Positions 10,417 through 19,614 of a DNA stretch of 64,000 nt are shown here, piece by piece (the stretch's first letter is position 1; the number at the start of each line of letters is the position of its first letter). Under the pieces are notes generated by a model. It was given only the letters and a program-made list of their open reading frames with translations. It did not search any database and was not told the origin of the DNA. Made by a program: the position numbers and the translations under genes. Location of the stretch: contig JAMDAA010000015.1 in assembly GCA_023484045.1 (NCBI GenBank), positions 8,659 through 72,658 of the forward strand, in the 5' to 3' direction. The stretch is from Patescibacteria group bacterium. Its GTDB lineage: Bacteria > Patescibacteriota > Microgenomatia > Levybacterales > UBA12049.

Positions 10417-11082
10417 ATGGAGCATTTTATCGCACTTTTATTTCCCAATGCGGTTGCTGTTGCGCTTAGTCCGATGCCAATAGCCGCGCTTATCCTTATT
10501 CTTTTAAGTAGTAAAGCAAAAGCAAACAGTATTTCTTTTCTGCTTGGTTGGTTTTTGGGGATTATTGTAAATGTGACTATTTTTTCAACGATATATAGTC
10601 AGATAGGTAGCGGGAGTAAAAACACGACAGCGGTAATTGTCGATGGAATCCTGGGTGTTTTTCTTCTTTACCTCGCCATTAGAGAATGGAAAAGTCGTCC
10701 AAAAACGGGGGAATCACCGAAAACTCCAAAATGGATGCAAGCGATAGAATCTATTTCGCCTTTAAATTCATTCTTAATTGCGTTTTTATTGATCACGATT
10801 AATTCTAAAAATACTGTTTTAGATATTTCAACAGGAGTAATTATTAGCCGCTCTTCAGCATCGTTAACAGAGACAATAATAGCAATAGTTATTTATTCTA
10901 TTATCGCGAGTTTAACAATTATTGTTCCTGTTTTTGCGTTTATTCTTTTTGGGAAAAGGCTAGAAAAAAAATTAAAAGATGCTAAGACTTGGTTTATTTA
11001 TAACAGTTCTGCGATTCTTTTTGTATTATTCTTGATTCTCGGAGTGAGTTTGTTAAGTAAAGCCATAGGAAGTCAGATATGA
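10417..11082 (+). CDS. GAP (Gap/Sap) family membrane protein
   Basis: AVAVALSPMPI..LIL.L, FLLGW, PKW, N.KN motifs; ATG at 10417 preferred. Confidence 0.8.
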   Translation: MEHFIALLFPNAVAVALSPMPIAALILILLSSKAKANSISFLLGWFLGIIVNVTIFSTIYSQIGSGSKNTTAVIVDGILGVFLLYLAIREWKSRPKTGESPKTPKWMQAIESISPLNSFLIAFLLITINSKNTVLDISTGVIISRSSASLTETIIAIVIYSIIASLTIIVPVFAFILFGKRLEKKLKDAKTWFIYNSSAILFVLFLILGVSLLSKAIGSQI

Positions 11083-11339
11083 AGAAAAAAGAATTAATTA
11101 ATATTGTCGGATGGTATGGTGCTTTGGCAACACTTGGTGCTTATATTATGGTAAGTTACGGAATTTTAACAGCACATGATTACTGGTATCAGATTTTAAA
11201 TTTATCAGGAGCGATTGGTTTGGGCACATTGTGTCACTATAAAAAAGCTTACCAGCCATTTGTAGTAAATATAATATGGGGAATTATTGCAGTTTCTGTA
11301 ATAATTCATCTTATTTATTCTGCTAATGTTTTTAACTAA
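11079..11339 (+). CDS. Small 3-TM membrane protein (CBU_0592-like)
   Basis: GW.GA...L.AY, YQ.LNL.GA, AYQ...N..W motifs. Confidence 0.65.
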   Translation: MKKKELINIVGWYGALATLGAYIMVSYGILTAHDYWYQILNLSGAIGLGTLCHYKKAYQPFVVNIIWGIIAVSVIIHLIYSANVFN

Positions 11340-11450
11340 TTTTTAAAATAAAATCCTATTGCTTTTTAAAAACACTTTCTTACTAATAGATTTAGATGAC
11401 AAAATAAAGTTAAGCGTTACGTGGTAAGGGTCACAGAATCTGCTAATTAT

Positions 11451-11675
11451 TTAATTCTTTCCAATCTCGAAAATTTTGTTTTTCGATTTTATTCCAGACA
11501 GAAGAAATATATTTCCTTTTTTCGCGTTAAAATGCTTGGCCAATGATTCGATAGCCGCCTTATTTGCTTTGCCTTCGAGTGGCGGTTGGTTTACGTAAAC
11601 GTGGAGCGTGTCGAGTAAATCTTTTTCGATCCGCGCTTTTTTAGAATTAGGATGAACGACAATAGAAATTTTCAT
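11451..11675 (-). CDS. DUF167/YggU family protein
   Basis: V.PNS, PPLEGKANKA, G.KS.NK motifs. Confidence 0.9.
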   Translation of the reverse strand: MKISIVVHPNSKKARIEKDLLDTLHVYVNQPPLEGKANKAAIESLAKHFNAKKGNIFLLSGIKSKNKIFEIGKN

Positions 11676-11753
11676 GAGAGTATAATTATACCAAAGAATA
11701 TAATTCCTAATCGAGTTGCAAAGTTTTCCTTAAAATGTTTAACTAATATCAAA

Positions 11754-12809
11754 GTGAATTTTTTTAAAAAGTATAAAATTTTGCTTTTGATTATTCTTGT
11801 AATTTTTGGGGTAGGCTTCGGTTTTTTTCTTTTCAACCCAGAAAGATTTTTTGGTGTCTATAACCTATGGTTTCAAAAAACAAACAAGCTTTTGCCCCCG
11901 GTTGATGCTCCGAAAGGTGAAGTTTCTACTTACAAAGGTTTTTGGATGCCGTGTTCTTTTATGAATGATGGTTGTCAGCCGATGAATAACACGGAGTTGT
12001 TAAAAGAAATGAACGTTAATATTATCGGTATCGCTCCGAAAATAGTAATAAATTCCAAGGGCGAGATTAATTATTTTCCGATGGAATTTATGGAAAAAAG
12101 GCTAAGTCAGATAGTTAATAAATATCATTCGGAGGAAATCCGGGTTTTTATTTCCCCGGAGCTCGGTTTTTCTGAGAGTTTAGATTTGGGAGGAGGCGAG
12201 CCCAAACCAATTCCCAGAGAAGCAGCCTCAACCCCTGGGTTTTTGGATAAATACGATATTTTACTCGCTGATCTGGCAAAACTCGCAGAAAAATATCACG
12301 TTGAAATATTTTCTCCCATGAACGAACCGGATATGAAATTAGGAAACGGTGTTGTATCCGCGTGGGCTCAAAACATATTACCTGTAATAAAGAGTAATTA
12401 TACAGGTAAAACCCTGTGGAAAGTTGGAAGGGGTGACAACGCCGGAAATGAAATTACTTTTAAAGGATATGACATATTAGGTATTGACTTCACGGCACAC
12501 GGCGGAGACGAGAATCAAAGCTTAGCCGATTTTCCGTCAACGGCTAGGGGAATTATTGACGGGGCTTTGGCCTGGGCAAAAAGAGATGGCATAGAAACAG
12601 TTTTTCTGACCGAAGTAGGTGTTTGGGGAGGAACAATTAAATTTAGCGATCAGGGAAAAGCAATGATTCATAGGATTATTTTTCAGGAAGGGCAGGGGAA
12701 AGTTAGGGGATTTGTTATTCTTGACCCTCCGCCCGATCAGGGCTGGTCGATTAAAAATACTAAAAGCATGGATGAAATAAAAACTTGGTTTACGGAAAAA
12801 CTTAATTAG
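11754..12809 (+). CDS. Membrane-anchored TIM-barrel glycoside hydrolase-like protein (clan GH-A-like)
   Basis: GTG at 11754 then TM; acid/base NEP and nucleophile-like TEVG motifs. Confidence 0.55.
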   Translation: MNFFKKYKILLLIILVIFGVGFGFFLFNPERFFGVYNLWFQKTNKLLPPVDAPKGEVSTYKGFWMPCSFMNDGCQPMNNTELLKEMNVNIIGIAPKIVINSKGEINYFPMEFMEKRLSQIVNKYHSEEIRVFISPELGFSESLDLGGGEPKPIPREAASTPGFLDKYDILLADLAKLAEKYHVEIFSPMNEPDMKLGNGVVSAWAQNILPVIKSNYTGKTLWKVGRGDNAGNEITFKGYDILGIDFTAHGGDENQSLADFPSTARGIIDGALAWAKRDGIETVFLTEVGVWGGTIKFSDQGKAMIHRIIFQEGQGKVRGFVILDPPPDQGWSIKNTKSMDEIKTWFTEKLN

Positions 12810-12848
12810 TAAAATATTAACCGAGTAAGTGAAAAAAGATTAAGAAAA

Positions 12849-13658
12849 TTAATCTGGTTTGATACCGAAGACTCTTACGCTTGCGATTGAAGTAGCAAGT
12901 TTTTGAAATTGCTCCTGTGGCATTTTTAAATTCTTCATTATCGCCTTTACGGCCGGGTTATTTACCATGCTGTTAATGGGTATGGTGTTTTGGGCAATTA
13001 TTTTAACGTCATGAAATCCTGCTTCTTTTATGAAAGCCAGGTAATCTTTTTTTTCAACAGCACCGGCAATACAACCAACGTATGCTTCTATAGAACTTCT
13101 AATGGAGTCAGGAAGTCTTTTAAGTAAAACTATATCGGAGATCATTAGTCTTCCTCCGGGTTTTAAAACCCTGAACGTTTCACTAAAAACGTTCTTTTTA
13201 TCAGGTGAAAGGTTAATGACGCAATTTGAAATAATTATATCAATAAAATTATCATCGATAGGTAAATGTTCAATATCTCCAAGCTTAAACTCAACATTCT
13301 GATAGTTTCCCATTTGAGCATTATGTTTTGCCTTTTCAATCATCTCAGGTGTCATATCAACGCCAATAACTTTTCCCTTTTTGCCAACTTTATTAGCGGC
13401 CAGAAAGCAATCAAAACCTGCTCCAGAACCTAAATCAAGGACAGTTTCTCCTTCTTTAAGTGATGCAAGAGCGACGGGATTGCCGCAGCCAAGACCTAAA
13501 TTAGCTCCTTTGGGAACCGCTGTAAGTTCTTCCTTTGTGTAGCCAATCTTTTGGCTGATATCCTGCGTCGGGCTACATCCTCCGCAACATGAGCTATTCT
13601 GTTTAGCGACTTTTCCATAGTTATCTCTCACAATTTTCTTTATGTCTCTGTTTTTCAT
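12849..13658 (-). CDS. arsM: Arsenite S-adenosylmethionine methyltransferase
   Basis: SSCC, LGLGCGNP, LDLGSGAGFD, ISNCVINL and GCIAGA, with the characteristic Cys residues. Confidence 0.93.
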   Translation of the reverse strand: MKNRDIKKIVRDNYGKVAKQNSSCCGGCSPTQDISQKIGYTKEELTAVPKGANLGLGCGNPVALASLKEGETVLDLGSGAGFDCFLAANKVGKKGKVIGVDMTPEMIEKAKHNAQMGNYQNVEFKLGDIEHLPIDDNFIDIIISNCVINLSPDKKNVFSETFRVLKPGGRLMISDIVLLKRLPDSIRSSIEAYVGCIAGAVEKKDYLAFIKEAGFHDVKIIAQNTIPINSMVNNPAVKAIMKNLKMPQEQFQKLATSIASVRVFGIKPD

Positions 13659-13909
13659 TTTTTAGTTACTTTCTCCATGAGGGGACCAAGAATGTTTTTT
13701 ACTGTTTCTTCTAAGTCTTTTGCTTTCATTAAGGCCAGGCAGCAATTTTTTCCTCTATTTTGAAAACTGATAACTGCTAATTTATCCCCAGCTTTTATCT
13801 CGGCTTTATCTCTTACTGTTTTTGGTAATACCATCTGGCCTCGTTCGTCAACACTAATAAGAGCCTCTACTTTGCAATAATCGAAGTCGTTTTTAGTTTG
13901 TCTGGTCAT
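13655..13909 (-). CDS. AbrB/MazE/SpoVT-fold DNA-binding protein with Cys-Cys (HgcC-like)
   Basis: SVDERGQMVLPK.VR....I.AGDKL AbrB signature; C12 and C57-C58; overlaps the arsM start by 4 bp. Confidence 0.8.
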   Translation of the reverse strand: MTRQTKNDFDYCKVEALISVDERGQMVLPKTVRDKAEIKAGDKLAVISFQNRGKNCCLALMKAKDLEETVKNILGPLMEKVTKK

Positions 13910-13928
13910 ATTTATCTAGTTATTGATA

Positions 13929-13991
13929 TCTGATTATTCTGAAAAATCAGAATATACTGAATATAATAATTGTTGGTTTAAATTTTGTCAA
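13929..13991 (-). promoter_or_regulatory. Sigma70 promoter and putative operator of abrB-like/arsM
   Basis: TTGACA (13986-91), 17 bp, TATTAT (13963-68) on the minus strand; downstream 9-bp-period CTGA repeats with TCTGATT-N9-AATCAGA. Confidence 0.65.
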
Positions 13992-14014
13992 GAGGTTAAA
14001 AATCACTTTGAAAT

Positions 14015-14536
14015 CTATTTTCCAGTCATCTTCATTACTTCACGCATAAAGAAGGGTAGATCCATCGGATGCCTTGAGGTTACTAAATTTCCGTCAACGA
14101 CAACGTCTTTATCTTCCCAAATTCCACCTGCTTTTTTAATATCTTCCGGAACTCCATCATGCCAATAGGAAGTTAAACGCCTTCCTTTAACAACGTCTGC
14201 TTCGACAAGCGTCCATGGACCATGACAAATTGAAGCAACCGGTTTATTTTTTTCAAAAAAAGAATTGGTAATTTCCTGTGCCTTTTTAATTTTGCGAACA
14301 GTTGCCGGCGCACCGTCTGGAGATCCTCCGGGAATAATTAAAAGGTCGTAATAATCCGGATTTACCTGATCGATAGTTTTATCGGGCATTAATGAGTATC
14401 CATTTTCACCACTAATTTCTATTTTTTTTGGTGCGGCTACATCAACCTGCCAACCTTCTTCTAAAAGCCTAAAAATTGGGACATAGACTTCCATGTCTTC
14501 AAACTTATCCGCTGTTAATACAATTGCTTTTTTCAT
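14015..14536 (-). CDS. PfpI/DJ-1 family protein (type 1 glutamine amidotransferase-like)
   Basis: FEDME, IIPGG, SICHGP nucleophile elbow, VVDGNLVTSR.P.DL. Confidence 0.92.
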   Translation of the reverse strand: MKKAIVLTADKFEDMEVYVPIFRLLEEGWQVDVAAPKKIEISGENGYSLMPDKTIDQVNPDYYDLLIIPGGSPDGAPATVRKIKKAQEITNSFFEKNKPVASICHGPWTLVEADVVKGRRLTSYWHDGVPEDIKKAGGIWEDKDVVVDGNLVTSRHPMDLPFFMREVMKMTGK

Positions 14537-14662
14537 TGTGCATGTATTATGTTAACTTAAATTATTGTGATAGTTCTGTGTTTTGGCTTACAAATAGGCG
14601 TCACTTTTTGAGGTTAAAATATCTTGTTCTGCCTAGTGGAAAACAGATGTTTTGTTTCAATT

Positions 14663-15145
14663 TTAGGCTTTCAAAGAATTTTTAAATATTTTTAAAGCCT
14701 TAAGTTGTATCGGACTGAAGTGAATTACTGGCCTTTTAGATTTTAAATATTCTATTGCTTCTTCGACCTCCGCCCCTTTTTTAATAAGATATGCCAGAAA
14801 TAGAGTTGGTGCTCTGCCGTGCCCGTTTCTGCAATGAATATAAACTTTTATTTTTCTACTTATTAAAAATTCCAAAGTCTGTACGCCGAGAGTCAATTTA
14901 TCGGGTGTTGGAGCTTCACGGTCTTTAGTTGGTAACCATAAAAAATAATCAACGCCTCTGGGTGCATCAATCCTATCTTCTTCCAGACTAATATCTGCTC
15001 TTACATTTTTTACCAACAATTCCTTATTAAAACCTAATTGACAACACATATTCGTACCTATAAAAACATTGTCGTCAATTTGATCATAATCAAAACCTTT
15101 ATGTCCTAAAGTATGGTTGTATATATCAACAATTTTATTTGTCAT
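14663..15145 (-). CDS. Dual-specificity protein phosphatase family protein
   Basis: P-loop VYIHCRNGHGRA (HCx5R). Confidence 0.88.
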   Translation of the reverse strand: MTNKIVDIYNHTLGHKGFDYDQIDDNVFIGTNMCCQLGFNKELLVKNVRADISLEEDRIDAPRGVDYFLWLPTKDREAPTPDKLTLGVQTLEFLISRKIKVYIHCRNGHGRAPTLFLAYLIKKGAEVEEAIEYLKSKRPVIHFSPIQLKALKIFKNSLKA

Positions 15146-15282
15146 AAATTAAATATAACACAGAAAGAAGGTTGAGTGATTCGGCAGGCTTGCCACTATA
15201 GTAAAAAGATCGAAAAATTAACGTGGTTGATTAAAAATGAAGTTTTTTTAGTTGACGTATTCAGAAACAAGAAAAGAGAATT

Positions 15283-15402
15283 TTATTTATGTCGTTTACT
15301 AGCTTTTTTTGCTAGCATTTGACGCTTTATCTCAAGCCTTTTCTTAGTTTTATGTGAGCGGGATTTCTTTTTCTTCCCAACTCCTGTAGGTCTTTTTGCC
15401 AT
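15283..15402 (-). CDS. 39-aa very basic small protein, not in ORF track (bS22-like?)
   Basis: Own translation MAKRPTGVGKKKKSRSHKTKKRLEIKRQMLAKKASKRHK*; TATAAT 7 bp upstream of ATG. Confidence 0.65.
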   Translation of the reverse strand: MAKRPTGVGKKKKSRSHKTKKRLEIKRQMLAKKASKRHK

Positions 15403-15436
15403 AGATATGATTATACACTATTTGGACTCGAAAATA

Positions 15437-15949
15437 TTATTTATTTAATTCAGGAGTAAATCCAATAGGGGGATTTATATATACACCTTCTTTTATCATT
15501 TGCTCTACCCAATCTGCTAAAGTATTTCCTGCTTCAAGTTTTTCTGGAACTGCTTGCATAAAAGACGAATCCAATTCATATTTGCCTTTTCCAAGCGTGA
15601 CATCCGCAACTTCTGCTTCACCGATTTTTAAAGTAAGATTATATGGAAAAGATATTCCTTCCAAGCCATGATCAGTTAAAGCAAAAGTTATTTCTCTTCG
15701 GTTGTACCAAGACCAAGAGCTACTGTTACCTTCTACGCATACTTTTATAGTACCTTTGGCTGGTCCTAAATAGTCATGGCCTAATTCAAATCCTTCTATA
15801 AAGTCAATGCTCGCGCCATCTTTAAGTTTTGCGTCCCTGTGTCTTCCGCTTTCAAGTTGAGCACATACCTTATATTTTTGCGATAGTTCGTGCATGCGTT
15901 GATATGCAGATGGCGCAGGCCGAAGTTGTTCTAAATTTGGACTTATCAT
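15437..15949 (-). CDS. Hypothetical protein (ORFan)
   Basis: 170-aa ORF; TTGACA/TATCCT-like promoter upstream; no recognisable domain. Confidence 0.6.
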   Translation of the reverse strand: MISPNLEQLRPAPSAYQRMHELSQKYKVCAQLESGRHRDAKLKDGASIDFIEGFELGHDYLGPAKGTIKVCVEGNSSSWSWYNRREITFALTDHGLEGISFPYNLTLKIGEAEVADVTLGKGKYELDSSFMQAVPEKLEAGNTLADWVEQMIKEGVYINPPIGFTPELNK

Positions 15950-16021
15950 ATAAGTTAAAGGATACTAACACCAGGATAGTGATATGTCAAGGGCTAAAAA
16001 AGCACCAGGGAATAGATTGTA

Positions 16022-16930
16022 CTATTTTATTCTGATTGTTAAAAGAGCACCTAGCTCAAAGTATCTTGCTAATATAATTGCAACCTTTCTTGCCTCTGTT
16101 TCATCAAAATCAGCTAAATATTTATTGTGTTTTTTTGCCTCCGAACTGTCTTTGCTAACGATATTTCTTACTTTTCTTGCTATAAAATATGTGGGAATCG
16201 GGATAAGTTCTGTAGTTAAAACTCCCCAATTTATATCGGAAGTTATGCAAAACGTGACTGCGCCAACGGCCATACCTAATGTACCCGCAAGAGCAATTTC
16301 ACGGTTGTCTTTTTTGGCTCTATGAGCGACCTCTCTTAGGAGGAGGATAAATTTTTTTACAGTATTGTCGTTAGCATCAGCGGCATGTTTGGTTTCGTGT
16401 CCCAAAAAAGATTGAACTTCTCTGTGCATGGCTTTATTTAAAAGCCTTTCTGCAAATTTTGTCCCTCTTTCATAAGGCGTCTTTGTTAGATAGTCTGGCA
16501 ATCTTTTTGTCTTTAATAAAGACTCAAAAACTGTAGGACCTCCATAATATATTCCTCCTCTTGCTATATATTTTGCGTAATCAGAATAAGAAGCAAAATC
16601 GTTCCATTCGGGATCTATATATAAGGTGATAGACTTATCTTTTTTAGAGTGTTCTCCATATCGTATAATAGGATTGCCGTCAATAAATTCTTTTTCACCT
16701 GCGTATTCTCTTTCTATAACAATTTTATATTCAGAAACTGTTTTTGGAGACATTCCTAAAGAAATCAATAATTTTGCACAATTATCCGCATTTACATCTA
16801 CAATATAAGGACAAGATTCACTTAGAACACGTTCACCATAAACAACTGTGGGAGGCACGATTGGAGATTCATGAGATCTATTTATTTCTGCGTGTTTAAT
16901 AAGTCTTCGTCCTGTTTCTATAAACATCAT
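16022..16930 (-). CDS. Hypothetical protein with HExxH zinc-metallopeptidase-like motif
   Basis: LGHETKHA, C-terminal hydrophobic hairpin and downstream E..AR; TTGACA and TATAAT upstream. Confidence 0.55.
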   Translation of the reverse strand: MMFIETGRRLIKHAEINRSHESPIVPPTVVYGERVLSESCPYIVDVNADNCAKLLISLGMSPKTVSEYKIVIEREYAGEKEFIDGNPIIRYGEHSKKDKSITLYIDPEWNDFASYSDYAKYIARGGIYYGGPTVFESLLKTKRLPDYLTKTPYERGTKFAERLLNKAMHREVQSFLGHETKHAADANDNTVKKFILLLREVAHRAKKDNREIALAGTLGMAVGAVTFCITSDINWGVLTTELIPIPTYFIARKVRNIVSKDSSEAKKHNKYLADFDETEARKVAIILARYFELGALLTIRIK

Positions 16931-17042
16931 AGAAATAAATTATATAAAAAAGGAGGCAATTTGTCAAACTATAGGACTATTTTACTCGAGAATCGTAGTT
17001 ACAATATAATCAAATAAGAGTGAAGGATAAGTAAGAGAAGGA

Positions 17043-17347
17043 CTAATGCAAAACCCCTGAAAAAAGTATGGCGAGTATAAGAATTGTAATTACGGCAAAA
17101 ACAGCGACAGTTTTAAGAAAAAGATCGATGGCAATTTTCTTTTTGCCTTCAATATAAAGCTGGAATGGTTGATAGAAAAAAGGTAGCCCATCACGGCAGC
17201 AGAAAGCGTAAAAAGGGAAACAACGGCGATCGGGACAATAACCGAATTTACAGGACCGGTATTTTTAGTTCCAAAAAACATCACAGATGCAATAACAGTA
17301 ATATATAGTAATGCTACAGCGGCATTAATAAACGGGTTTTTAGTCAT
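17043..17347 (-). pseudogene. Small 3-TM membrane protein frameshifted in a T6 run
   Basis: One extra T at 17176-81 gives a continuous 101-aa ORF ending ...GYLFFYQPFQLYIEGKKKIAIDLFLKTVAVFAVITILILAILFSGVLH*. Confidence 0.7.
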
Positions 17348-17373
17348 ACGTTGTAAAATAAGTATAAACCTTT

Positions 17374-17922
17374 CTACTTTATTTTACAAAGTTCGTCTAA
17401 TATCGCTTGTATCCTTACGTTTTTCCCGCTAAAATGTCCCTGACCTTTTTTTACGATCAATTTTCCTCCTAACTGCTTAGATAGATATTTCGCGTGTTCC
17501 AAAGGGCAATAGGGATCATTATCTGAATGAATAAAAACAAATTCTTTTGCATGTTTTTTTATTTGTTTAAAATCAAATGGCTTAAGAAATAATTCCTTCA
17601 AGGAGTCCCATCCAAGATTATTCATAAAAGAGCCAACTAATATGCATTTATCAACTGTTGTGGTATTTGGAAGAGCTTCTAATAAACCGAGAATTTCAAC
17701 GGCCCCCGAAGAATGACCAATTATTACAGAATCATTATCGAATTCCCAGTCTTTATTTGAAAAAATAAAATTATTATATCTTTGGATATTTGGTTTTTCA
17801 GAAAAAGGCAGATTTGGTACCCATACTTTGTACCTTAACTTTTCTAATTCTTTTTTGAGCCAGGGAAACCAGTTGGCCGAAGAATTAGAATTTGTCCCGT
17901 GCAAAATCAGGGCATTTTTCAT
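17374..17922 (-). CDS. RBBP9/YdeN family alpha/beta hydrolase
   Basis: ILHG, NWFPWL, GHSSG nucleophile, HSDNDPY, GHF. Confidence 0.88.
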   Translation of the reverse strand: MKNALILHGTNSNSSANWFPWLKKELEKLRYKVWVPNLPFSEKPNIQRYNNFIFSNKDWEFDNDSVIIGHSSGAVEILGLLEALPNTTTVDKCILVGSFMNNLGWDSLKELFLKPFDFKQIKKHAKEFVFIHSDNDPYCPLEHAKYLSKQLGGKLIVKKGQGHFSGKNVRIQAILDELCKIK

Positions 17923-18250
17923 TACAGAAATTATATCAGTTTTATTTCCAACCAATCTCGGAATAAATAATCTTTTTAAGAGAGTTTTGTACCGCTAGCC
18001 GTATGTGAAGAAGTCAACTTCGACGCCGAAAATCGCAGAAATTGCAGGCATCGCGATAGGGAACAAGAAGATCTATTTAAATCCCATCCAGAAAAACCAA
18101 GCGCCGATGAGTAATATTACTATGCCCCAAATTGTCTGCTTGCCTTTGAACATTTGCGCCTGTTTATGAACATGTTCCGGAAATCAAATTTTCATAGTTT
18201 CTAAATTGTATTACTTTTTTAATAAACAACCCACCGCTTCCTCTCTTTTA

Positions 18251-18955
18251 TTAACTCGTAATTTTTGATAGTTGAAACAATCTCCGGCCTACTATGATAA
18301 ACCACACCATCATCGGAATCAGTGAAAGAAAGGACATAATTAAACCTATTATTCCCACAGTTGGAGGTACGAGCATTAATATTCCCATGCCGATACCGAT
18401 ATACGCAGTTGTTTTGCTGAATAGCTCGCTTTTTAACATGGTTACGGAATCAATAAGAAGCGCTATGGCAACAAGAACGTAACTCGCATTAAAAGCCGTT
18501 CCTTGGTAGGTAGCCAAAAACATTTGTCCTGCCGATAGAAGTGCAGTTTTTTGAACTTCTGTCGTTGCAATAATATATTGATTGCTTAAGGAAAGCATTT
18601 CAAAGGCAACTCCTGAGGAAAAATAAATTGCTATACCCACTAAGCCTAAGGTTGTAGCCAATAGCGTATATGACTCATTTTTTCGTTTGAGAAGGATATA
18701 TAAAGTTAAAAACAATGGAATCTGCAAAATCCAATCGATAAACATGATTGCATCTAGAGACAGGAGGCCTAAGATTGTGTTCTTCTGAAACAAATTGAAA
18801 AAGCCGATGACATCCTTTGGAGGCGGACTTACTACATAAACGACTATCTGAATAATAACAAGGAAGACGATTGTGTATAAAGTAAATCCGGTAACCTTTA
18901 ATAGTGGTTTCCATACTGTTAAATTTATATTGGTATTATTTAAAAATTTATTCAT
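18251..18955 (-). CDS. DUF4386-like multi-TM membrane protein
   Basis: About 7 TM segments; ML.LS.QY..A...L.AG motif. Confidence 0.65.
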   Translation of the reverse strand: MNKFLNNTNINLTVWKPLLKVTGFTLYTIVFLVIIQIVVYVVSPPPKDVIGFFNLFQKNTILGLLSLDAIMFIDWILQIPLFLTLYILLKRKNESYTLLATTLGLVGIAIYFSSGVAFEMLSLSNQYIIATTEVQKTALLSAGQMFLATYQGTAFNASYVLVAIALLIDSVTMLKSELFSKTTAYIGIGMGILMLVPPTVGIIGLIMSFLSLIPMMVWFIIVGRRLFQLSKITS

Positions 18956-18956
18956 G

Positions 18957-19346
18957 TTATGTGTTTTTAATTTTCAGAGATAGGTATATAATTCCGGCTG
19001 AAATTGCAGCTACGGTAAACTCAAGAAGCGTATAGCCCAACGGAGCAACTTCAGGTTGCATTAAATGTAGTTGATCAGCGATAACCTGCAGGATGTTTAA
19101 AACTCCCACAGCTATTCCAAATATACTTCCAAGCTTTGGCTTCTTAAACATTAACGGAATAGTGGCGATTTCAGTAATAACGATTGTTAAAAAGAAGAAC
19201 AACCACACAATAGATACATTACCTTGAGTGCGTGTTTCGAATCCAATAGGAGCAGGAAACTCTAAAATCGTGATAGCGATAATGGTAACGATACAACCAA
19301 TGACCTTAAATCTTGCCTTTTTGATAATTTGTTTCTTTTCTGTCAT
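18957..19346 (-). CDS. Hypothetical 4-TM membrane protein
   Basis: PAPIGFETR and DQ.HL motifs; TGnTATACT 8 bp before ATG. Confidence 0.6.
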   Translation of the reverse strand: MTEKKQIIKKARFKVIGCIVTIIAITILEFPAPIGFETRTQGNVSIVWLFFFLTIVITEIATIPLMFKKPKLGSIFGIAVGVLNILQVIADQLHLMQPEVAPLGYTLLEFTVAAISAGIIYLSLKIKNT

Positions 19347-19547
19347 ACACGATCAGTATAGCAACTTATATACGTTTTAAAAAAGCGGTGAAAACTACTT
19401 TATAGAGACCTTGTAAAATACGGTTTAACACATGTTTGAAGCTAAATTGATTTATACCGTTTGAAATCAGCGATTGTGACCAGAGTTCATAATAAGGTTA
19501 AACTTGGCATATTAAATGCCGACTGGTTCTGTGGTTAGTCCTACCCC

Positions 19548-19589
19548 GGGATCTTCGCTCCGCTATGTTCGCTTCGAGACTCGAATCCC
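19548..19589. repeat. GC-rich imperfect hairpin downstream of tRNA-Asn (REP-like)
   Basis: GGGAT...ATCCC stem enclosing two TTCGCT units and a TCGAG-A-CTCGA mini-palindrome. Confidence 0.4.
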
Positions 19590-19614
19590 ATTCTAATTTT
19601 TTAGTTCAGCAGGG

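Noticed and set aside
18075-18196. Short minus-strand membrane-peptide remnant (..QMFKGKQTIWGIVILLIGAWFFWMGFK*)
   Set aside because: Too short and interrupted to assign; probably a decayed gene.
1-19600. Integron, prophage or integrative element at tRNA-Asn
   Set aside because: No integrase, attC-like repeats, phage genes or att duplication were visible, and the genes have mixed orientation with their own promoters.
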